Assembly (NCBI GenBank): GCA_001797815.1
Contig: MGQK01000125.1
Span: 82,442-131,572, forward strand
Source of the DNA: Deltaproteobacteria bacterium RBG_13_61_14
GTDB lineage: Bacteria > RBG-13-61-14
Reading direction: 5' to 3'
DNA: 49,131 nt
This document shows positions 27,392 through 33,890 of the stretch, in pieces (positions within the stretch are counted from its first letter, which is position 1; every line of letters begins with the position of its first letter). The notes beneath the pieces were generated by a model. It searched no databases and had not been told where the DNA came from. It saw only the letters and a program-made list of their open reading frames with translations. The position numbers were made by a program, and so were the translations under genes.

Positions 27392-27649
27392 ATTAAAGAC
27401 ATCAGTTTATCAGAAATCCCCCCTTGGCGCAATGAACCCGCTCCTTCAATCGGACCCGGCCAATACTCTGCAGCCAGGGGCCTCTCACCCGGGCTGCTGA
27501 TCCGTGCTTCCCCGGGCAATAACAACCCAAGTCCGGACCAAGCATCTTGGTGGGAAAAGGCGCGGTTTTCATTAGCGGCTGACACCCGCGCCCGGGATGA
27601 GGGCGGACCTGAAAGGCGGCCCGTCGCCGGAGCGGGAAGGCATCGAAAT

Positions 27650-27678
27650 TTGACTTGCAGGGTTTCAATTCTTATAAT
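27650..27678 (+). promoter_or_regulatory. Near-consensus sigma70-type promoter (TTGACT-17 nt-TATAAT)
   Basis: -35 at 27650-27655 and -10 at 27673-27678 with a 17-nt spacer. The ATG of the downstream gene is at 27688, implying a leaderless or very short-leader mRNA. Confidence 0.6.
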
Positions 27679-27687
27679 CGGAACCGG

Positions 27688-28452
27688 ATGACCCGTCATT
27701 TTCATCGCTGGGCGGCAATTTTTTCTTGCCTCTTGCTGGCCGGCATGGGGGTCTGGCTTTGGCCGAAAAGGGTTCTGGGGCAGGAAAACGAAGACGACAA
27801 ACTCAAGCGAGGCGATATCTTGATCTCTTTTCGGCCGAGCCCCTTTTCGGATCTTTCCGAGGTGACCGGGGTCATCCTTTTCAATGCGCCTTTGGCGATT
27901 GTCTGGAAGGTCCTGACCAATTACGACGATTATGCCCGCTTTTTACCGGATATCAGCCAGAGCAAGGTGGAACGGAAGGAGGGGGCCGTGGTCTGGCAGC
28001 GGGTCGAGGTTCACAACCTCTGGCCGCTTCCGGACTTCCACTATCTCCTCAAGATCACGAATCGGCCCGAGGCCGGCGAGATTGGGTGGCAGATGCTGGA
28101 AGGAAACCTGAAGAACTTGTATGGCCGCTGGAAACTCGAGCCTTTTGCCGCCAACCCGAACCAAACCAAAGCCATGTATACCTTGCTTCAGGACCCCGGC
28201 GGATTTTTTGGGGATTTGACCCAGAATTTTTCCACCCGCTCCCTGGTCCTGGAACGGCTGGATGCCTTTCATGCCGAGATCCAATTGGAGAAAACGCGCC
28301 AGGATGGGCAGCCGGAACGGGTGATCCGTCCTAATTGGCGCAAGGCCATCTTTTGGTGGGAAGAACTGGAACCCCCCCGCTTTCGCGCCGAGAATAAACC
28401 ACCCCCTCCCGAACCGGCCCCCGCCAAACCTAAACCCCCGGCCCTCCCCTGA
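27688..28452 (+). CDS. SRPBCC (START/polyketide-cyclase-like) lipid-binding fold protein with an N-terminal signal or anchor
   Basis: It begins MTRHFHRWAAIFSCLLLAGMGVW... The pattern VWKVLTNYDDYARFLPDISQSKV is typical of the SRPBCC family. It has a Pro-rich tail PPPPEPAPAKPKPPALP. Confidence 0.7.
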   Translation: MTRHFHRWAAIFSCLLLAGMGVWLWPKRVLGQENEDDKLKRGDILISFRPSPFSDLSEVTGVILFNAPLAIVWKVLTNYDDYARFLPDISQSKVERKEGAVVWQRVEVHNLWPLPDFHYLLKITNRPEAGEIGWQMLEGNLKNLYGRWKLEPFAANPNQTKAMYTLLQDPGGFFGDLTQNFSTRSLVLERLDAFHAEIQLEKTRQDGQPERVIRPNWRKAIFWWEELEPPRFRAENKPPPPEPAPAKPKPPALP

Positions 28453-28567
28453 ACAAGCTGGACTCTATTTTCAAAATCCCCTCGGGGGCCTTGAACTTAT
28501 CAGGCTCAAAGGCTAAGCTGTTTTCTGGCTCGCATCGGCAAACGACCAGCTCAACAAGGAGGCAGAG

Positions 28568-31099
28568 ATGGGACGGATCAAGGATCGGAAAGAACTGGAG
28601 CAAATTTTAACCGCGCTCTTTGACCGGGTGATCCAGGACCAGGCCATCACCGACCAGTTGGTGGCCGCCAACCTCGTGCTCCGCTTCCGCTACTCCGACC
28701 CCGAAGGCGTGATCACCATTGACCTGACCCGAAAGCCCCCGGTCTATCGCTTCGACGACCAGGGCGAGGCCGACGTGGAGATGATCCAGTCCGCGGACGC
28801 CTCTCACGAGTTCTGGCTCGGCCGCTTAAGCCCGGTGCGGGCCATTGCCACCGGCAAGATCTCCGCCCGGGGCGATGTGGCCAAAGCCCTCAAGCTCCTG
28901 CCCGCGATCAAGCCCGCCTTCGCCCTCTACCCGCAAGTGCTCCGCGACCTGGGCAAGACCCATCTTTTGCCGCAAGAAACCGCGACCCGCCGCAAAGGCT
29001 TCCTCTCCGGCCTGCTCAGTTCCTTCTCCCGCCGCGGCCGCACCTTCGATCTGAGCCAGCTCCCGGAGCAAACCCTGCCGCCGGCGGCCAAGGCTCCGGC
29101 GCCCGCGTCCTCCATTCGAGAAGTAAAGCTCCCGCCGGATGAGAAGCAACTCCGCCAGGAGATGCTCAAGCGCATGATGCTGATCCGGGCCTTTGAAGAA
29201 TCCTTATCCCGCGAGTGGCGATCGGGCAAGATCCCCACCGCGGCCATCCACCTCAGCATCGGCCAGGAGGCTTCCGCGGTCGGCGTCTGCTTCGCGCTCA
29301 AGGACGATGACGTCATCGCCACCACCCACCGCGGCCACGGCCACATGCTGGCCAAGGGCGCCCCGACCGACCGGATGATGGCCGAGATCTACGGCAAGGC
29401 CGAAGGGCTGTGCCAGGGCAAGGGCGGGAGCATGCACGTGACCGATTCGAGCATCGGCGCCATCGGCGCCAACGGCATTGTCGGCGCCTCGCCGCTCATC
29501 GCCGCCGGCGCGGCCCTGGCCTTTGCCCAGCGCAAGGAAAACCGGGTGGCCGTGGCCTTCCTCGGCGACGGGGCCACCAACCAGGGCATGTTCCACGAGG
29601 CGCTCAACCTCGCCTCGGTCTGGAAGCTGCCGGTGCTCTTCGTGGTCGAGAACAACGGCTACGGCGAGTTCACCCCGCAAGCGCAGCACATGGCCATCGG
29701 CCGGATCGCGGACCGGGCCGCGGCTTACGGCATGCCCGGCGAGCAGGTGGACGGCAACGACGCCGACGCGGTCCTGGCCGCGACGCAAAAGGCCCTGGCC
29801 GACGTCCGCTCCGGCAAAGGGCCGGCGCTGCTCGAATGCCTGACCTACCGCTGGCATGGCCACATGGAGGGCGACTCCCAGGCTTACCGCACCCGGGAAG
29901 AGGTGGAGCGCTGGAAAGAGCGCTGCCCGGTCAAGGGGATGGCCGAGCGCTTGATTGCGGAGGGGGTGATCACCGGGCAGGACCGCGAGCGGATGCGGCA
30001 GGAGGCGGAGGACGAGGTGGCCCAGGCCGTGCACTTTGCGGTGGAGGGCGCGGACCCGGACCCGGAGAGCCTACGCCTCGAAGTGTTCGCGCCGGAAGCG
30101 CCGCTGCCCCAGGGCAAAGGCGGCGGCGCGATGAAGAGCATCACCGGCTCGGCTGCGATCAATCTGGCCCTGGCCGAGGAGATGCGGCGCGACCCCTCGG
30201 TCTTTTTGATGGGGGAGGACGTGAGCCTGGGCGGTTACATGGCGGTGAGCAAGGGGTTGGTGGAGGAGTTCGGGCCGGACCGGGTGCGCGACACGCCGAT
30301 CAGCGAGAACGCGATCGTGGGGTCCGCGGTGGGCGCGGCCATGGCCGGGATGCGGCCGGTGGCCGAAATTCTCTTCAGCGACTTTATCACCTGCGCCATG
30401 GACCCCATCGTCAACAACGCGGCCAAGCTCCGCTACATGTCCGGCGGGCAATACAAAATGCCCCTGGTGGTGCGGCTGCCCAGCGGGGCGGGTCTGGGCA
30501 TGGCGGCCCAGCACTCGCAGAGCCTGGAGGCCATGCTCATGGGAATTCCCGGCCTGATCGTGGCCGCGCCCGGCATGGCCCGCGACGCGCGGGCCCTCCT
30601 CAAAACCGCCATCCGCAGCGACAACCCCGTCATCTTTTTCGAGCACAAGCTCTGCTACCTGATGCAGGGCGAGGTGCCCGAGGCCGAGGAATTCCTGCCT
30701 TTCGGCCGGGCCGCGGTCGCGCGGCCGGGGAGCGACGTGACCGTGGTGGGCTTGCTCTACACCGTGCATTTGGCCCTGGAGGCCGCGGAAACTTTGGCGC
30801 GGGAAGGGATCAAGGTGGAGGTGATTGATCTCCGCTGCCTGGCCCCGCTGGACCTCGATACAGTTTTGCAATCGCTGGCCCGGACCGGCCGGCTGGTCAC
30901 GGTGGAGGAAGGCCCGGTCCGGGGAGGCTGGGGGGCGGAGGTGGTGGCGCGCGTGGCCACGGCCGGGCTGGGTCTGCTCCGCTTTGCGCCGGTCCGGCTC
31001 GGCGCTTCGGACAACCCCATTCCTTACAACAAGGCGCTTGAGGGCTTAAGCGTGCCCGACGCGGCCCGGATCGCCGCGGCGATCAGGAAGTTGTTTTAG
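28568..31099 (+). CDS. Tri-domain fusion: SCP2 sterol-carrier-like domain + TPP-dependent 2-oxoacid/acetoin dehydrogenase E1 alpha + E1 beta
   Basis: The N-terminus is SCP2-like (...LVLRFRYSDPEGVITIDL...ATGKISARGDVAKALKL). The TPP motif is GDGATNQGMFHEALNLASVWKLPVLFVVENNGYG. The E1 beta part starts near MKSITGSAAINLALAEEMRRDPSVFLMGEDV (nt ~30131). Confidence 0.85.
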   Translation: MGRIKDRKELEQILTALFDRVIQDQAITDQLVAANLVLRFRYSDPEGVITIDLTRKPPVYRFDDQGEADVEMIQSADASHEFWLGRLSPVRAIATGKISARGDVAKALKLLPAIKPAFALYPQVLRDLGKTHLLPQETATRRKGFLSGLLSSFSRRGRTFDLSQLPEQTLPPAAKAPAPASSIREVKLPPDEKQLRQEMLKRMMLIRAFEESLSREWRSGKIPTAAIHLSIGQEASAVGVCFALKDDDVIATTHRGHGHMLAKGAPTDRMMAEIYGKAEGLCQGKGGSMHVTDSSIGAIGANGIVGASPLIAAGAALAFAQRKENRVAVAFLGDGATNQGMFHEALNLASVWKLPVLFVVENNGYGEFTPQAQHMAIGRIADRAAAYGMPGEQVDGNDADAVLAATQKALADVRSGKGPALLECLTYRWHGHMEGDSQAYRTREEVERWKERCPVKGMAERLIAEGVITGQDRERMRQEAEDEVAQAVHFAVEGADPDPESLRLEVFAPEAPLPQGKGGGAMKSITGSAAINLALAEEMRRDPSVFLMGEDVSLGGYMAVSKGLVEEFGPDRVRDTPISENAIVGSAVGAAMAGMRPVAEILFSDFITCAMDPIVNNAAKLRYMSGGQYKMPLVVRLPSGAGLGMAAQHSQSLEAMLMGIPGLIVAAPGMARDARALLKTAIRSDNPVIFFEHKLCYLMQGEVPEAEEFLPFGRAAVARPGSDVTVVGLLYTVHLALEAAETLAREGIKVEVIDLRCLAPLDLDTVLQSLARTGRLVTVEEGPVRGGWGAEVVARVATAGLGLLRFAPVRLGASDNPIPYNKALEGLSVPDAARIAAAIRKLF

Positions 31100-31287
31100 A
31101 ATTTACCGGAGGAGAGGCATTCTTGCTTCTCTTTTCAGTCCCGCCTCCAGCGGGATTAAAATTATAAGGCTCTGACGACTATCTTTCCAATTAGATTTTG
31201 AAGAGGAGGGAAAATGAGTTCAAAAATTAGCAAAGAAAAAGTTTTCTAATTATTCATCTTATTAAGCAATTTTGTTATGGTTTTGAG

Positions 31288-31734
31288 ATGATGACCAATG
31301 TGGCTCAAGAAGCAGAACCCGGAAGTGCTAGAATTGCGTTTTATTTTAATAGCTTATACCAATATATTGCGGCAATGTTTTTATTAGATAAGAAACATCA
31401 TCCCATGGGTGGAATTATATACAAAGCCTTAAAGCCCATGGGATTAGCTTTCCACCTAGAAAACATTAAAGAAACTCTATCTCACCAATTAGGTAAGACA
31501 ACCCTTGGAGAAATTATCCGTAATTTCCGGAATCAATTCCTAATTCATGGTAAATGCCAAACCGCTGATCTTATAAAGATTTATTCGCTAGTAAATATGG
31601 AGGATCTTTCCATTAAATTGAAATTTGATGAATTGATGGAGACTTTGTATTTTCATATTAAAGAGTTAGCAATCAATTTGTGTAGCGATGCAAAGATAGA
31701 ACTTCAAGATGTTGGTATCTATAAAGCTGTTTAG
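31288..31734 (+). CDS. Hypothetical protein, possible minimal HEPN-like domain
   Basis: 148-aa AT-rich ORF that appears mostly helical. It contains IRNFRNQFLIHG, i.e. an R-N-x4-H-G match to the Rx4-6H HEPN motif. There is no other support. Confidence 0.5.
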   Translation: MMTNVAQEAEPGSARIAFYFNSLYQYIAAMFLLDKKHHPMGGIIYKALKPMGLAFHLENIKETLSHQLGKTTLGEIIRNFRNQFLIHGKCQTADLIKIYSLVNMEDLSIKLKFDELMETLYFHIKELAINLCSDAKIELQDVGIYKAV

Positions 31735-31770
31735 ATCAGGGGCAGCCACCTTTGCCGTTAAGATGGAAGA

Positions 31771-32379
31771 TTACTCTGGCGGTTTACAGGCAGAGCATGG
31801 AGTATAGCCTTTTTGTTTCGCCTCTGTTAACGGAATGGGTATTTTGCTACTTGATAGGAAACGACAATTTTCTCGGTGGTATTTTTTCCCGGTTTTGGTT
31901 ACATAGACCGTCTCAGTTAAAGGCTCCTCAGATTTTTTCTTGCTTGTCTCGCTTACAGAAGTTACCATCGTTTGCTGAATCCACCCTTTTTGCCCATTAA
32001 ATTCTATCTGTAACCATTCTCCCATCTGGAAGCCAGTCTTTTTTACTATTGTTCCAGCCTCCAATGTAAGGATTATTTCTGATTGGGGATCTGGGGCTTT
32101 TTTAACATTAGCTTGCTTAATCACTTTCAATTGCAAGGAAGAATCAGTTTTCACTTTAGAAGGTGATTTTTCCACCTTTGATGGAGTAGAGACAGCCGAT
32201 TTAGAACTCTTCGAACTAGTGCAAGTGCAACTTGGGCTCAATGATCCATCACAACATTGGTCTCGTCCATTGGAGCATCCACAAACCCCTCCGTGGTGGC
32301 TACAACAGCCCCCGGCTTCTGCTTTGAAACCCGCAAGCAAAAAGAACGAGCCCAATGTAATAACCGTTATTTTTTTCAT
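31771..32379 (-). CDS. Secreted mosaic protein: Cys/His-rich N-terminal motif, SH3-like middle, C-terminal KYH..C...C..C metal-binding-like motif
   Basis: It has a signal peptide MKKITVITLGSFFLLAGFKAEA, then GGCCSHHGGVCGCSNGRDQCCDGSLSPSCTC and a Ser/Lys linker. An SH3b-like stretch follows (ANVKKAPDPQSEIILTLEAGTIVKK...WLQIEFNGQKGWI). The C-terminus is VYVTKTGKKYHRENCRFL...GYTPCSACKP. Confidence 0.6.
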   Translation of the reverse strand: MKKITVITLGSFFLLAGFKAEAGGCCSHHGGVCGCSNGRDQCCDGSLSPSCTCTSSKSSKSAVSTPSKVEKSPSKVKTDSSLQLKVIKQANVKKAPDPQSEIILTLEAGTIVKKTGFQMGEWLQIEFNGQKGWIQQTMVTSVSETSKKKSEEPLTETVYVTKTGKKYHRENCRFLSSSKIPIPLTEAKQKGYTPCSACKPPE

Positions 32380-32451
32380 TTTCTGCCATCCTAATTCCTA
32401 TCATTTGGACCTTTAATGCCTGCACCTATCGGCGGCCAGAATGTCAAGGTC

Positions 32452-32484
32452 GAATTCGAATTCGCGAATTCTGGGGACACCATA
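32452..32484. repeat. Three clustered GAATTC palindromes followed by a half-copy (copy C) of the GGGACACCATA element
   Basis: The sequence gaattcgaattcgcgaattc-tggggacaccata was read directly. The unit gaattcNggggacaccata also occurs at 17784-17802. Confidence 0.85.
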
Positions 32485-32527
32485 ATTATTTCCTGTTAAG
32501 TGTAAAGCGAAGCCTTGACCCCTTTTT

Positions 32528-33286
32528 CTAAAAAATGCATTCTACCATTTCATTGTAGCCGTCTTGTAAATCGAACACCCTGTAGCCCGCAGGCAAATAA
32601 TCTTCAATATGCGTGCTCGACCCCGGATTCGACCAAATCGGTATACTCCATAAACCACAGGGTTCAATTTGGACATGATTATGGCCAAATAGAAGTGCAT
32701 CAACTTTTCCCTTTATCACCCTTTCCAGCTTTTTGGTGTCCTGGAGGCCTTTGAATTTGGGAAATGGAAAAGGATGATGATGAAGATAAAGGACCTTTTT
32801 GCATCTTTTCACTGCTGGATCGTTTTCAATATAATTCTCCAATAAGTTGATCTGAGGTTCCCCCAATTTTCCTTCGCAAGTGTCCATATCAACCTTTTCC
32901 GCCATCGAATTTAAGCCCCAAAAGGCAACCCCTCCGATTATATGGCGAGTAGGGTAAGGTGGGGTATTGGTATTGCCAAACGTTTGATCGAACAAGGCCA
33001 CAAATTTCTCATCATCCACCGTCCCATCTCCATAGTCATGGTTGCCAGGAATGATCAAAACCTTGTAATCCTGCAGTATCTTTAGAGCATCTATAGCATT
33101 TTTATACTTTTTGCTTTTAAAGGCATTATCCACTAGGTCTCCTGTTATTACCACAACATAATCACTGGCAGGCTGTTGTTCATTGCAAATCTTGTTGAAA
33201 ACTTTACGGGCATTTTTCAGCATACTCATCTTAGTTAATCTACTCCTGCCTCCAATATGAAGATCGCTCAAATGGATAATTTTCAT
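32528..33286 (-). CDS. Metallophosphoesterase (calcineurin-like, CpdA/YaeI-type)
   Basis: All signature blocks are present: LSDLHIG, ITGDLVDN, IPGNHDYG, LHHHP, FGHNH. Confidence 0.85.
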   Translation of the reverse strand: MKIIHLSDLHIGGRSRLTKMSMLKNARKVFNKICNEQQPASDYVVVITGDLVDNAFKSKKYKNAIDALKILQDYKVLIIPGNHDYGDGTVDDEKFVALFDQTFGNTNTPPYPTRHIIGGVAFWGLNSMAEKVDMDTCEGKLGEPQINLLENYIENDPAVKRCKKVLYLHHHPFPFPKFKGLQDTKKLERVIKGKVDALLFGHNHVQIEPCGLWSIPIWSNPGSSTHIEDYLPAGYRVFDLQDGYNEMVECIF

Positions 33287-33480
33287 TGGTTCCCTTCTCT
33301 TTCTTGGTTAGCTTATCATGTCCTGGTTCAACGGGAATTGAAAAAATCCAGATTAATCTTAGTGAGTAAAGAGTCTGGAACCGCCACCTTTATCTTGAAA
33401 TACAAAGGCACGCCTTCGTTCCTGTGAAAGCGCGCCTGAATTTGGCTGGGTTCTTTATCTTCCGGCCTCTTCTCTGAAGA

Positions 33481-33565
33481 GGTGTCAAGGTGTCAGGTGT
33501 CATGGTGTCAAGTGTCATGGTTTGGGTTCCTAAGTCTAAAGTCTAAAGCCCAATGCCTAAAGCCT
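33481..33565. repeat. Two adjacent short-period tandem arrays: (G)GTGTCA x5 (33481-33520) and CTAAAGN-type heptamers (33531-33565)
   Basis: Read directly. Positions 33543-33565 match the reverse complement of 46708-46730 at 21 of 23 positions. Confidence 0.9.
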
Positions 33566-33695
33566 ATCTTCTGCCCTCTGGACACCGATTATGGCCTAGT
33601 TTTTAAAGGCTTGTCAAGCCCAAAATGCGGATTCGGGCGAGACGCCGGGAACTCCTCGGCTTCGAATCTACTTAGAAAATGCACGGAGTTCCCCC

Positions 33696-33741
33696 TCACC
33701 CTAACCCTCTCCCTCGAGGGGAGAGGGGAGGGAGAGGGTGA
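33696..33741. repeat. GC-rich imperfect palindrome (tcaccct..ccctctccctc/gaggggagaggg..agggtga)
   Basis: Read directly. It translates to the LTLSLEGRGEGEG-type peptide that often yields spurious ORFs. Confidence 0.8.
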
Positions 33742-33890
33742 TTCCCGGCGGCAAAGGCATTTTCATGATTTCAGGGCGCCGCCATGCGGCATGAACGACT
33801 GCTATGAATTTAGGTATGAGCTTGCCCCCTGCGCAGCCTGCTTTCCAGCAGCGCCAGGTTTGGTGCGCTCGGCGCCGATCCTGCTGAGCG

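Larger units (their letters stand above)
31100..33480. other. AT-rich islet 3 (three foreign-looking genes), split internally by a half-copy of the GGGACACCATA element
   Basis: Composition switches abruptly right after the E1 stop (31099) and returns to G+C-rich sequence near 33480-33570. Confidence 0.7.

Noticed and set aside
27392-27649. SRP (4.5S) RNA, 6S RNA or RNase P RNA in the bamA upstream tract
   Set aside because: ggtccgga and aagtccgg strings are present. However, the conserved SRP domain IV context (GGAAGCAGCC...) and the RNase P P4 context (GAGGAAAGUCCGGGC) are absent, and the tract is too short for RNase P.
33481-33565. Possible CRISPR array or CRISPR remnant in the short tandem arrays here, at 573-729 and at 46701-46735
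   Set aside because: The repeat units are only 7-8 nt and directly abut each other with no unique spacers. No cas genes are in the window.
33640-33700. tRNA-like T-arm string ggcttcgaatc
   Set aside because: The surrounding sequence forms a simple 9-bp inverted repeat with a 29-nt loop. No acceptor, D or anticodon stems can be drawn, so there is no cloverleaf.
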